The position numbers were made by a program, and so were the translations under genes. The notes under the pieces are model-generated. The model worked only from the letters and a program-made list of their open reading frames with translations. It ran no database searches and was not told the origin of the DNA. This document shows, piece by piece, positions 12,471 to 26,600 of a stretch of 64,000 nt of DNA (the first letter of the stretch is position 1; each line of letters opens with the position of its first letter). Source of the DNA: Octopus vulgaris (lineage: Eukaryota); the NCBI GenBank assembly GCA_951406725.2, contig OX597823.1, positions 26,970,001 to 27,034,000 of the forward strand. The letters run 5' to 3'.

Positions 12471-14199
12471 TTCGGGGTCGATAAATAAAGTACCAGTTGC
12501 GTACTGGAGTCGATCTAATCCACTGTCCCCTCCCCTAAATCTTTTGGGCCTTGTGCCTAGTGTAGAAAAGATAATTTGAAAGAGTAGTTATCAATGAAGA
12601 AAATTAATTTTGAGACCGCTTAATTGATGGACTTTATGCTTAAAGGATTTTTTGAAGAAGCAGTGTTAACTGAATAAGTTCTCTTCATATAGTTTTATTC
12701 AATATCGGAACCAATGGAATTTGTAAGGGTTTCACTAGTGAAGTATGGCACTAAGCTGATGGTCATTTTTCGTACACAAATCATCATCGGATAATGTTAT
12801 TTAATCATTCAAATCAAAATTATGACACAGTTTCGATTAAAGTTCAACCGAATTGATCTCCTTTTAAATATTTATTATGCCATCTAGGAAACCATCGGTA
12901 TCAGCAACATTTTTTCAGCCGTGTTAGAAAAAAAAAGAACAGAAAAAAAGAAGAAAGAAAAAAAAACTCAAAGAAACGATATATCTTAAGGATCCTAACG
13001 AAATTTCTTAAAAAATCAATTTTCCAATAAATGTATTGATTTGAAAAGGCACCAACATAAATTATAAACCTTAATGCTTTGTTTTCCTTTTCTTCTCATT
13101 TCTTTTATACAGTTGTTATAGTTTGTTCTTTTCCTTTTATCCTTCTTCAATCTCGTCGCAAGAATAAACTTAAAACATTTGTTTAGTAAATAAATACTCA
13201 AATTTCTATTGAGAACAATACCATTCAGTATACAAAACCTATTGGGAGTAACCTCTGAAGAAACGCTTCAATCAATATCTTTTTTTTATTATGATTGGTT
13301 TTGATGTTGTTGTTATGGATTTTATAGTTACTTTTGTGTATCTAAGAAATTTATAAACACCTTTCTTTCAGTCACGTATACACAGAAACCCAAATGTACA
13401 CAGCAAAGATACCTAACGGTGGCAAAATCCAGTCAGTTTTCATTTCCTCGACCAATTTCCGACTGAGACCGAACGTGAAAAATACTTATCTATATTTCTT
13501 TTCTCTACCTTCTGAGCCCAAATCCTATCTGAAGTCTTGCTCTGTTGATTTTTCCCTTAGGGCCTGCTAAATATGTAAGCGATTCCATTTTCTATTTATT
13601 TGTCAAAGGATTCTTATCTAACAAGGCAGTATAACACAAGTAAGTAATCTTGTTTCTTTGAAAGGGGCCAATAACTAGTAGACCCCTACCTAGATTAGAT
13701 GACACGCAAGGAAGTCAAACACAATGTGCACTGGGTATTTAGTTTAACTCCCGCTTGGATAAATTTTGATACTCAGTCTCCCGTAGTCGGTAAGTAACAG
13801 TTACAGTACTGGTGTTGATATAATTGACTATAACCATTGTCCTGATTTGTAGCTTTGCGTCTATGTTAGAAATATATAATTTATAATCGGTAGGAAGGCG
13901 GAATGACAAAATCGATAGAGCAATCTGTCGGATTGTGTTGTAGCATTTAGTTGCTTTCCTTTGTATCCTCAGCTGAAATCTTATTGATGTAGACATTGCC
14001 TTCATCTTTCTAGAGTCAATTATATAAAGTATCAATCATATACGGGGTCAATTTAATCGATTTCATCGTGAGGCATTTGGTAACTTGATCACTGGTATGG
14101 TTGTGTCGTTAAGAAACGCACTTTGTCACTACGTTATTTCCGGGTCAGTCACACTAAGCAACACCACAAGTAAGTGTCCTCTAGTATAGGACTGTGCCA

Positions 14200-14480
14200 A
14201 CAGGTGACTTGGGATGCGTGGGCCCAAAGCTATTCTATATTTTTCCAAAATGACTGAGAGACCTACATGGTGTGATGTAAGTGCTTTTCAAACGAAACTT
14301 GATTTCTTCTTGTCAAGGGTTCCAGAGGAGCCTACCTTACGACAGGAAATACATGAGAGCAGCGGTATTAAACTTCCTCATTGATTAAATGCCGCATTTC
14401 AGAGGAGGTTTCAAATAATGGTGTAGCAAAGTCAACGTTGGTGCCCCAGTATGACCGCAGCTTTGAAACTGAAGCATTTC
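14200..14480 (+). mobile_element. CR1-like LINE 3' fragment
   Basis: Similar to the 3' ends at 54120-54385 and 58600-58920 (gggccc...ggtgccccagnatggccgcagc...ctgaa). Confidence 0.65.
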
Positions 14481-14560
14481 AAGAATTTATATATGGATAT
14501 ATATATATATGCATTTATTATTAATTATTTAGATATATCTCGATTTCATCTATTTCATCA

Positions 14561-14923
14561 TCTTCTGGTCGAATGGCCAATCCCGCTCAAAAGGTCCCTG
14601 AATAAGGATTGTTTAAGTATGTTGAATGAACCACACATGTTTCTAAAGGTGAATTATCTAAACCTCCAAGAATTCCTTTCAACACACGGCTATGATGCTC
14701 CCCACTACTTCTGCTCGTGATCAGAGATGCAGATATCGTCAGCCACTAAGGGACATGTTCAACTGGTTAAGATCAAACAACTGACAAGCAAACCTGTAGT
14801 ATTGAGCAGAATATTTGCTGTAGCCCATCTTTTATACCAAGACAAAACAATGTACATGATAACACTTCCAATCAGTTAAGATCAGAAGCCATGAGAGCCA
14901 CTGTCTGGTGTTGCATCAGGGCA

Positions 14924-14924
<1 letters not shown>
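14561..14924 (-). mobile_element. ~555-bp (AAT)n retroposon, partial copy
   Basis: Matches the family; followed by (ATT)n. Confidence 0.85.
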
Positions 14925-14992
<68 letters not shown>

Positions 14993-15204
14993 ATATTAGC
15001 TGGGGTTAGCTCATCATATATTCATATATATATATCTAATATATATATATACATATAAGTTTTTGCTATGAGTTAACTAGAATTCTTAGCCAAGGAAAAT
15101 AATACTTTTTTCATGACAATAATAATAATAATAACAATAATAACAATAACAACAACAACAACAACAATAATAACAATAACAACAACAACAACAACAATAA
15201 TAAC

Positions 15205-15242
<38 letters not shown>

Positions 15243-15289
15243 TAATGGGGAAAGTACGTGATATAAATAAGACTGAATAATCATTTCTG

Positions 15290-15658
15290 CTATAGTCACA
15301 ATGCCTGAAATTGTGGGAGAGAGAGTTAGTCAATTACATCGAGCCCCATTACGTAACTGGTACTTATTTCATCGACCCCCGAAAGGATGAAAGGCAAAGT
15401 CGACCTTGGTAGAATTTGAACTACGTCCGTGACGACGACGAAGGTTCCTATTGATCCGATCAACAGAACAGCTTCCTCGTAAAATGGACGTGCATATGGC
15501 CGAGAGATTCCGCATGACATAAGGTGTGACAGGGCTGGCACTTTCAAATACAGGTACAGCTCATTTTTGTCAGCTGGGTGGACTGGAGTAACATGAAATG
15601 AAGTGTGCTGCTCAAGGACACATCGCTTCGCCGGGAATTGAACTCATGACCTTATGAT
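15290..15658 (-). mobile_element. Two adjoining tRNA-derived SINE fragments of different families
   Basis: 15290-15420 matches the 40646-type family; 15425-15658 matches the 3140-type family. Confidence 0.75.
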
Positions 15659-15689
15659 ACTGCCCAAGACTTGCTTCTCATTGAAATGG

Positions 15690-17130
15690 ACTTCTACCAC
15701 TACTAGAAGGAAATATACTAGGTGAACCAGGAAAAACAAAGGAAAATAACTTCTCGGCCGCCGTAGGCGGAAAATTTAATGAAGAAGAAAACCAACAAGG
15801 AAAACAAGAGGAAATAAAAAGAAGCAGCTTCTCGACCGCCATAGACAGGAAATTTCAGGAAATCAAAACCACCAAAGGACAACTATTGAAGTACAGAAAT
15901 ATGGTAAAAAAAAAACAGGGAACGAAACAAAATTAATACCACCAAAAGAAATAATACAGAGTTTGGCGGAGAAAACAGTTGTATATAAGATATACAACAG
16001 AAAGGAAAAAAGAATAATGTCAATGAAAAATGACATTATCGAAAGATGCCTCGCCCCCATATGGGAAAAAAATACGCAGGACGCAGTCCTAGAATAGTGA
16101 CAGTAGCGGCACAGTTCAAAAGTGCCGACATTGCAAAAGAAATCTCAACAGAGACACTAAGAACGGAACAAGTAATGCTGTTACCAACATACCTAGGTCA
16201 GAGAGCTGCAAAAATTGTAATTGAAGAGAATCCGACCGGGTATGACCGGATAACGGGAACAGTCATATACGACGCAAAAAAAGAAATAAATATACTAAAT
16301 ATACTAAAATGGAAGCAATTAACTGGAAGGATCAGGCGCTCGAATTGTTGGTTCAAGCGTCAAACGAAACATTAGAAACGAGGCCCGATAGAATATTTAC
16401 AGGAGAGGGACTTAGTGCAAGAGTGTCGGGGGGAAGGCGTCGACCCAGATGCTTCAAGTGTGGAGAAAAGGATCGCGTCCGTTCCGAGTGCGAAAAAGTA
16501 AAAAAAAAAATAATAATAAACAATAAACAACTGAAGTCCCTCCCAAACAAGAGGGAAAACCACAGAAGAATAATAAACAATAAACAACTGAAGTCCCTCC
16601 CTAACAAGAGGGAAAACCACAGAAGAATAATAATAAGGAAAAGGAAACAGGAAAAATACAATAAACAAAAGAAACAGAGAAAGAACAAGAAGAGACAGAA
16701 GGAAAAGAAAACACGGATTACACATTGGTAACCAACAAAAAAAACACCCCCGTCCTAGACTCCCCTCCTCCAAACAGAAAAAAAGAAAAAACAACGCAGA
16801 ACACAAACAAAAAAAAACAGTCCCATCCACTTCCAAACGAAACCCTCCACAAGGTGAAAAAATAATTACATTTAATACGAATAACATAGTTATACAAACA
16901 TTAATACAAGAGAAAATATATGCAATGTGGGGACCGATAGAAGGGAAACCGCCACATTTATGGGTGGCAAGATTGAGCATTAATGACTTTAAAAGTTTTT
17001 AAAATAGATATCCGGAAGTTATTTTAGATGTAAGTGAGAGAATAGATAAAGAAAAAATTGTGCTGAGACCAGCAACTGCACCGGAAGGAGGAGGAAAGGA
17101 CGACAATAGTCGTACGGCACCTCCTCAAGA
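15690..17130 (+). pseudogene. L1/Tx1-type ORF1 (gag-like) relic with no adjacent ORF2
   Basis: LLPTYLGQRAAKI, then GRRPRCFKCGEKDRVRSEC zinc knuckle and a K-rich region. In-frame 57-bp tandem duplication at ~16512-16630. Confidence 0.7.
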
Positions 17131-17900
17131 TTAAAAATAATCGTTGCCCACCTTTCGTTTTCGTTTTTTCGAGGAGGTTTTCACATTCTCTCCCTCCAGT
17201 GAGGGAGCAGGGAGTGGTGCTTGTATTAACTGCTCCATGACCCTATTTTGGCCCTTGGGGCAGCTTTTCTTGATGCGGCTGGTTTCCAGGCACAGGTGAT
17301 ACTTGTGGGGGCGTCTCTCGAGTATCACCGGATACCTGGATCCAGTCATCCTAAAAAACTCTGGAAAAACCAGACTTTCGGCTGATTGGGTCCATAGGGT
17401 CAAAACAGCTTTTGACCCCTTCCCAATCAGCCGCAGGCAAAACTTTAACATTGAGCAAATTGGTACTGCTACCACCCAAACCCTGGCGGATAGAATCCTC
17501 TATCCATTCGGGCTCAATTCCGGGTGCCAACCGCAGCCCCAAGTCCTCGTCAACCTCTTTCCACAATAAGTGGGAAGGAACAGAATTTCATTGCCCACCA
17601 AGCGAAATCGCAAGCTTCTTGTGGGGAGTCAAATAGCAACCAGACCGTTATATATTTGAGCCCCCGTGAAATGTATTTAATAGCTGACATGTATTCTGCC
17701 ATCTCTTTTTAATTAATGGCTTTCGGGAAGACGGCTATGGTAACGAGCGACTTGGAATAATTCCTCAACACCACCGTCTTCCTTTCAAACTCTTTAATCT
17801 ATGTCTTGGGAGGTGTCAACACCCATTCTATCAATTCCCTTGCTATTTCAACAAAAAGTCCAAATAAAATTCACAAAATTTTTTTTAAATAAAGAAAGAA
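17131..17900 (-). pseudogene. Second ORF1/gag-like relic, convergent with the previous one
   Basis: YPVILERRPHKYHLCLETSRIKKSCP (decayed CCHC). Homologous to 30600-31440. Confidence 0.65.
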
Positions 17901-18900
17901 ACACAAAAAAGAAAAACTCAACAGAAGGGAAGAAAAAATATAAGTAACGGTTCAATACAGTTTTTGTTTTCAACTAAATTATAGATGCAGAGAAGAGTTC
18001 AAATAATAGCAAAGAAAAGTATTTTCGGCCGTAAGGTACTCCTGGCCAATCCCTTGTGTAACCCACGCAGGCACAGTTCTTGAAAGTAGAGAATTAAATT
18101 CTGAAAAACAATTTGCAGAAAACTCCACGCAGAAGTTCTCACAATGATGTGAGAAAACACACATACATTTCTACCTCCGGCAGACAAAAGCTCCGAATCC
18201 AGTAAGGACTCCTTGCTTGTACAAAAAACCCCTCAGCCACCAAATCCCACTGGACTCAAAGAGCAAAATGTCTTACCTTACTGTAGAGCGTCTTTCAAAT
18301 CAACTTTCGTCCGCTTCACACCAGCGTGACGACTTCAAAGGTACAATGAAGAACTCTAACGACTGTAACCGGAAGCAAGCTTCTTACCACACAGCCATTC
18401 CTGCATCTATATGTACTGTCAGTAGACTACCTTTTTTTCTTCAGCTTCAACTGTAATTGTAAGTGAGAGCTAGGCAGCATTCATATTTTGGGGGTGGAAT
18501 AGGGTCCATTCCATTGGAGGTTTTCAAGTTGGTCTCCAGTCTAATGATAAATTTCTTACCGGCCATAGCGTCCATCGTCTAGAACAAAAGTTGACAAACT
18601 TCTTAATGAGCAGGCTGAATTAGAACTGCTTTTTGCCTTAAAAGGCCATAAACATACGAGACAAATTTTTTTAAAAAACTTTCCTGTTACATAACAGAAA
18701 AATTGCTTCATTTGAATCACCTGCAAAAATATCAATGTACTTTTCATTGCTGAAATTTTGTACATCATGTGTTTATTGAAGTCAATTCGATGGATGAAAT
18801 GAGGCTACTAGCAGTAGCTAGCCAACATTTTCTCTTGACTGAGTCATGAATAAAGTATTATGTTCCTGGGCTAAGAATTCTATTTAGCTCATAGTAAAAA

Positions 18901-18939
<39 letters not shown>

Positions 18940-19021
18940 AATATATATTTATATGAATATATGATGAGCTAACTCCAGCTAATATTATATAACAACAAGA
19001 ACAACAAGAACAACAACAATG

Positions 19022-19727
<706 letters not shown>

Positions 19728-19761
19728 AATAATAATAATAATAATAATGATAGTAATAATC

Positions 19762-19824
<63 letters not shown>

Positions 19825-20095
19825 TAATAATAATAATAATAATAATATGATATTATTATACTATGAGCCTTCCATAGTTGCTTTCCGCGATTGTTTGCAA
19901 ATATATACTTACATACATATACATATTAAATACATATATATATATATATATATATGTTAGATATATATGTATTAAATATATATACATATATATATTAAAT
20001 ATATATGTATATATGTATTATATACATATATATGCATTATATATATGCATCATGTATATATATATATGTCAAATATATACTCTAATATAGGGAAC

Positions 20096-20742
20096 AAAAT
20101 ATTCAAAAAATGTTATCAGTGGCCAGCATATTAAAAAATATATTTTAAGGTGAAAATTATAAACAACTTATAGATAAGGCAAAAGAAAAAATTCCTATGC
20201 CAAATATACGGAGAATAGACTTTAAATCGTCAATAACCACATATAATACAACACTTCGAAACGTGTGTTTATAGTGATAATTTATATGTGGTTATTGACG
20301 ATTTAAATTCTATTTTCGGCATATTTTGCAAAGGAATTTTTTTTATTTATCAGTTGTTTATAATTTTCACCTTAAAAGGTATATTTTCTTATGCTGGCTA
20401 CTGATAAAATTTCTTGAAAATTTTATCTTCTATTAGAGATGGTAAATTTATTACCATTCACTTCCGCACTGTCACTTACTCTATGAGGATTTTCAATCTG
20501 ATAGGACCTGTCTCGAGGTGTATTGCAAAATTTGTATTTGGATATATTTAGGACACTTAAGTGTACACATGACTTTGCCTCTGCTTCTTCCATGGGTGCA
20601 AGTGAGTATTTCATTTATTTCTTGACGTATTCACCGGTGATGACGAGAAGATTCTTTATGAATTAACTCAGAAATCGGACAGATTCGGTAATAACGGAAT
20701 TTTTAGAAATTTCTGTCAGCTTGCTTCGAGACGCGAGTCTTT

Positions 20743-20745
<3 letters not shown>
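20096..20745 (+). repeat. Non-coding repeat starting with a ~150-bp-arm palindrome, embedded in TA-rich microsatellite
   Basis: 20096-20246 is an imperfect inverted copy of 20282-20424. The element ends at (TA)n at 20746. Confidence 0.65.
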
Positions 20746-20812
<67 letters not shown>

Positions 20813-21897
20813 TATATATATAGATTGAATATACATATATGTATATATATATACATATCTATATATATATGCATTATATATATATATATATATATATTTA
20901 ATATATATATATTAAATATATATATATATTAAATATACATATATGTATATTAAATATATATATATGTGTATATCAAATAAATATATATGTATGTATATAT
21001 ATATATATATTAAATATATATATGTGCATATTAAATATATATATATATATGTGTATGTTATATATATATATATAAATATATATATTAATGATATAAATAA
21101 TATATACATATGCATATAACATACGTATATGTATATGTATATGTATATGTGGGCACGGGACGTCACGAAATGTGTACAACTAAAAATACGAAGCACGAGT
21201 ACATGGAAAATGAACTATTCTTTCGAACACCGAAAGACACAAATGGAAAACAAAACCAACAACGTTATGAATGACCCTTCATCAGTTGTTGGCTGTTTCG
21301 TAATCTCGTATTTTGAGCAGTTAACAACAATATACGCTTTCGATAAAACAGTTGCTCCCACAAAGCAAACTAAATAAAATTTGGGATTTTGCGGAGGGTC
21401 AAAATTGGTAACACAAACAGTACGGTAAGACCAAGCAGGAAAGACAGCTAAGCCTAAACGGTGTTGTGGTGGCGAATGTGTAAATGAAGCTTGGACAGGA
21501 GACAAACGCGAACACGTCCTTCTTGTTCAAGCTACAACAGAGACAATGAAAGAAACACGTTAGAAGAAGAAAGAAAGATGGCCGATGGTCACGTGAGAGC
21601 CACGTGCGCAAGGGAGGGGGAGTGAGGAAGAGAGAGTGACAGAGTATTAGGATACAATAGTGGGAGAAGAGGAGGCCAAAGAATAAAATAGAGAGAGAAA
21701 ACGAAAGAGCGAAAAGATCATATAGAGTGCGCATCAGAATTATTAAAGGTAACACATACATGGAAGAGGATGCGTGGCGTTCAGTCATATAATAATACAA
21801 ATTATATACATAAATACATACATATATATATTCATATATATATATATATATATATACATACATATGTACATACGTATATGTACATACATCTATACGC

Positions 21898-21931
<34 letters not shown>

Positions 21932-21944
21932 ATATACATATATA

Positions 21945-21990
<46 letters not shown>

Positions 21991-22033
21991 TATATATGCA
22001 GCCTTCGGGCTAAAACATTTTTAAAGATTTAAG

Positions 22034-22078
<45 letters not shown>

Positions 22079-22175
22079 CGGGAAGCTTTATGAAAATAGA
22101 CAAAAGACGAAGGCAGGTGGAAAACAAACGAACAATTGTATTAGTATGGCGCTCAGGAAATATAAATAAAACAAG

Positions 22176-22213
22176 TCTTTAACGTTTCGAGCCTACGCTC
22201 TTCAACAGAAAGA
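22176..22213 (-). ncRNA. Minimal type I hammerhead-like motif (A6U core variant)
   Basis: Minus strand: UCUUU CUGUUGA A GAGC-GUAG-GCUC GAAAC GUU AAAGA. Confidence 0.65.
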
Positions 22214-22956
22214 TACACAGAGAGAAAAAAACACAGAAAGAAGGAGAGAAAAAATGCGTGCAGTAGCTAACGAATCAACATGGCGATCTGATTTCGGCCA
22301 GAGGTCAAAGATCAAACATGAGACGCGAGAGCGAAATAAGGGGAGATAATAGGGTTGATAATATGGTTGAAGGACCAGCTAATAGTGCGTAGGAGGGGTC
22401 TGGACGTGTGTATGTATAGGGTTGGTGTATGTATTAGTATGTATAAGGGTGTGTGTGTGTGTGTGTGTGTGTATGAGAGAGTATTAGTGCGTAGGATTGG
22501 TGTGGACGTGCGTATGTATGGGGTTGGTGTATGTATTAGTATGTATTAGTATGTATTAGTACGTATTAGTATCTATAAGTGTGTGTGTGTGTGTGTGTAT
22601 GAGAGAGTATAAGTGCGTATGAGGGGTCTGGACGTGTGTATGTATTAGTATGGCACATCATATATGATGTGATGTGTGAAGTCGTGTGGTGTAGTGAGGA
22701 GAAGAGGGGGGAAGGGGGGAGGGGGAAGAGGAGAGGATGGGCGAGAGAGAGGAGGGGGAGAAGGAAGGGGAGGAGGGGGAGGAAGGAGGAAAGAGGGAGA
22801 GGGGGAGTGAGGGAGCAGAGGGAAGGGGAAGAGGGAAGGAGGGAGGGAGAAAGAGGGAAGAAGGGAAGGGGAGTAGGGGTGAAAGGATGAAGGACTGAAG
22901 AAGTAGGGGTCGGGGGGAAAGGATAGGTGAGGAGGGGGAGAGGGGGGAGATGGGGG

Positions 22957-24408
22957 TTAGATGAGGAGGGGGGGAGAGTTGAGACCAAATGGCGTATAAG
23001 AGCGAAGAGAGAAGATTAATTCCTGTTCACGGCGCAAACAGGAATCCGGATGGCCTCTGTGTAAGGACAAACCGAACACAGATAGGTGTTGCAAGGAGTG
23101 ACCGGTGGAGCGGAAATGGCGTGAGACCGGTGTGTCGTTCGCAAGGTGGATGTCACGAAGGTGTTCCGCGAACCGGTCAGCCAAGCGGCGTCCCGTTTGT
23201 CCGATGTACAAGGAATTGCAGAGAGAGCAAGAGATGCAATAGATAATATTGCTGGAGGTGCAGGTGAAGGAGTGGATGATGGGATAGGGTCGATGGTGGG
23301 TGCTAGTGAGGCGGGTGGTGTTGGAGAGGTAAGGGCAAGTGCGGCAACGTGGGCGGGAGCAGGGGAACGAGCCGGGTTGGGAGGTAGGGTCAGGGAAGGA
23401 GCTATGGACCAAAAGGTCTCGAAGGTTGTGGGCTCGTTTGAAAGAGGGGAGGGGTCGGTTAGGGAAGAGGTGTGAAGTGGACGGGTCGGGCTGGAGATGA
23501 CGGAAAGCTCGAAGAATGGTGCGTTGGAGACGTAGGGTCGTGGGGTGGTAAGTGAGGGGAAAAGGGAGGCGGGAGACTACAGGGCGGGTTCGGGGAGAGA
23601 GAGCAGATACACGGTCCACGGACCGTGCTCTGGCAAGGGCGGTGTGGATAGTGGTGAGGGGGTATCCACGTAGGGTGAAGTGGTGAGCCATACGTTGAGA
23701 CTGAGTCTCAAAGTCATGGTCGTCACTACAGAGCCTACGTAGACGGAGGAATTGGGAATAGGGGATGGAAAGCTTGGTGTGTTCTGGGTGGGAGGAAGAG
23801 AAGTTGAGGTATGAGTGTGAGTCTGTGTGTTTGTAGTGAATGGAGGTGGTAAGAGTGGAGTGAAGAATGCTAACCGAAATGTCGAGGAAGGAGACAGAGG
23901 TGTTGGAGATAGTGGAAGTGAAGTGGAGGGCTGGATGGAAAGATTGGACGAAAGAGAGGAAGGAATCTAGATGTTCGCGGGAGAGTGAGGTGGCACCGAT
24001 AATGTCGTCGATGTAACGACCATATAGTTCGGGAGTGGGACCAGTGAAATTAGAGAATATTTTGGCCTCAACATAGCCAACGAACAGGTTCGCATAGTTG
24101 GGGCCCATTCGCGTTCCCATGGCCACTCCTGAGAGCTGATGGTAGAACTCGCCCGCGAACGAGAAGCAGTTCAGAGTAAGGACAAGTTCGGCCAGACGAA
24201 TGAGTGTGGAGGTGTCAGGTACAGGGTTAGAGCGGAGGTCAAGAAAGTGTCGAAGGGCCTGCAGTCCTTCGTGGTGAGGGATAACAGTATAGAGGCTTTG
24301 GATGTCCATAGTAAAAAGGATTATTGAGGAGCCGGGAGGAAAGGAGAAAGAGTTGAAAAGCCGGAGAGCATGGTTGGTATCGTGGATGTGGGAGGGAAGA
24401 GATGCCAC
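22957..24408 (-). CDS. Penelope-like RT plus GIY-YIG endonuclease (uninterrupted 483-aa frame, N-terminally truncated)
   Basis: TMDIQSLYT, GVAMGTRMGPNYANLF, RYIDD, FLD (RT); CSRPRCRTC linker; IIYCISCSLCNSLYIGQTGRRLADRFAEH (GIY-YIG). Confidence 0.92.
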   Translation of the reverse strand: MASLPSHIHDTNHALRLFNSFSFPPGSSIILFTMDIQSLYTVIPHHEGLQALRHFLDLRSNPVPDTSTLIRLAELVLTLNCFSFAGEFYHQLSGVAMGTRMGPNYANLFVGYVEAKIFSNFTGPTPELYGRYIDDIIGATSLSREHLDSFLSFVQSFHPALHFTSTISNTSVSFLDISVSILHSTLTTSIHYKHTDSHSYLNFSSSHPEHTKLSIPYSQFLRLRRLCSDDHDFETQSQRMAHHFTLRGYPLTTIHTALARARSVDRVSALSPRTRPVVSRLPFPLTYHPTTLRLQRTILRAFRHLQPDPSTSHLFPNRPLPSFKRAHNLRDLLVHSSFPDPTSQPGSFPCSRPRCRTCPYLSNTTRLTSTHHRPYPIIHSFTCTSSNIIYCISCSLCNSLYIGQTGRRLADRFAEHLRDIHLANDTPVSRHFRSTGHSLQHLSVFGLSLHRGHPDSCLRREQELIFSLRSYTPFGLNSPPLLI

Positions 24409-25911
24409 TAGGGGGGCAAGGACACGGTCGAGGTATTTAGAGGTCTATGCTAGACGTAGATGTCAAATAACTACAATCCACTCTAAAAGTTGCTCTCTAA
24501 ACTCAACCACAGGTACGAACACGAAGGAATGAGCAAGAAAATATACCAGATTATGGATAATTCTTTACCTCAAGATTTCTCGCTTGGCAAAAAATTTCTC
24601 TGAGATCTTCAGTAGAAATATACCAATTAATATATTAACGAGAATTATAGGTACACACCGGTAAATTTACCCGCAGATACCAATGCATACACACATTTAT
24701 CACGTATACATTTCATCTTTCAGCCCATCTCGATCATGCGGTTGATGTCAGAATAAATACGGGGTAAATGCAATCCCGCATTTTCTACTGAAGGTCGCTG
24801 AACAGTTTGCAGATCGTGAAATATCGAGGTGTATATATATATATATACTTTCCTATGGCGGCTTTTGTTTTAAACCTTAAGCTTTCTCTTAGGTTATATT
24901 ATTTTATTTGGCTTTTTATCTGAGTAAGGGATAATATAATGATTCAACGTCACTTATACGAAAGTGTTATCATTATACCTAAAACCCTGACTACAGTTAT
25001 AACGTCATAGAGACATATACGCATGAAACGCTATATTAACGACATGTATGTCGAATATTTTCTTCGTGTCCTTTAAACCGCTATAAGAAAACATAATCAA
25101 GGATTTCAGAAATGCATACTTATTTATGCTCAGTTGAAAAACAAACGTGAAGAGAAACATTTTCTTTTTAATTATTTTTATTATATAAATATAACATTTT
25201 ATATTATTTACAGTAGGAAAGATAACTTTGTCGTGAAGAAGAACTATAAATTCATTAACTAATTTCTTTAATACATTAACCAACAAGTCAAAATAGATTT
25301 GTGATTAACTTAGACATGGCATGACAATTACCGATGTCTCCAAAAGAGTGAGTGTCGTGGAGTTCAGTGACATCCAACAAACACTGATATTTTCCCCAAA
25401 ATCCAGGGTTTTTATAACTGCTCAACTTGACTTAAAATAATCGAAATCCATGACAAATATTCTTTACGAAACTTTTAGAATCTTTATATGAGCAGATATA
25501 TCAACCAATGGAAAAAACGAAAATGATAATTCTTCGGCAATACGACATTATGTCATATTGCCAATTCGCGCCACATTTCAAAATGGCTAAAATGGTTATT
25601 GCTACAATACATATGCGTGTATGTGTATATATGTATGTGTGTCTGTATTATCGCAACTTTGAGCTGAAGTCGATAAAAGAATGCGTATAGATACATTATT
25701 ATATACATACATAAATATGATACACACATATATATATATGCATCTCCTGAAGGCAATAGTGTACCACTGCAGGAACGTGGAGGGTACTAAATAATACAGT
25801 GGAGACACGCACGAGCTGTTAAAATAACATGATGATGATGATGTTGACACCGTTGATGGTAAATAAATAAATAATAGCGTTTCGAATTTTGGCACAGTAG
25901 CTATAGGGGAG

Positions 25912-26074
25912 CTTCAGACAAATACATAACAAGAACACCAGGATTTACAAGTATGTATAACATACAGAAAATAGCATTACTAGGATGTGTGCACCGCACG
26001 CATCCTACGTAAAACAGTTTCAATACAATGAAAATAAAGCACCACAACACATACACAAGACTCACAGACTACTG
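25912..26074 (+). mobile_element. Dong/R4-type LINE 3' end, diverged relative of family A
   Basis: SDKYITRTPG...YNIQKIALLG, ending actactg plus (AAT)n. Confidence 0.75.
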
Positions 26075-26105
26075 AATAATAATTAATAATAATAACAACA
26101 ACAAC

Positions 26106-26213
<108 letters not shown>

Positions 26214-26600
26214 GCTAGCCAGATGTATAAGATGATGAGCAATGAGATCTGGGCGACAACCGCCATGAAAAGAAGTAGAATGGTATTATGTCAGAAGGAT
26301 TCAAATGTAGCAAATATGGTGGGGAATTTTCGGCGAATATCTTGCTTGCCGCTTATTGATGGCGAGCATTATTAAAAACAGCATTTACAACTATCTAGAA
26401 AAGAATGAGTCACTTGCAGTGGAACAAAATATCTGTGGACGCATGGGTACAGAGACTAAGGATCAGATTGTTTTGGCTACAAGAAGGGATAAAAATATTT
26501 GGCCTTTGTATGGATGGATTACCGAAGCGTACTTCGCGGTCCCACACTCGTGGATTGCTTGAGGGCAGTAAAGTGGTTAGCGTCTCTGATAATATTTTGA
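26214..26600 (+). pseudogene. Decayed non-LTR RT fragment
   Basis: Remnants of NFRxISCL, IYNYLEKN, KDQ and VPHSWI motifs. Confidence 0.6.

Larger units (their letters stand above)
22078..24442 (-). mobile_element. Penelope-like element (Neptune-type), 5'-truncated, 3' end joined to (TA)n
   Basis: RT-GIY-YIG ORF, then a pyrimidine-rich 3' region with a hammerhead-like motif at 22176-22213. (TA)n at 22038-22077. Confidence 0.93.

Noticed and set aside
21256-21292. Minus-strand CUGAUGA within a hairpin (possible hammerhead)
   Set aside because: The GAAA box is absent (AUAA), stem II is weak and there is no valid cleavage geometry. At most a relic.
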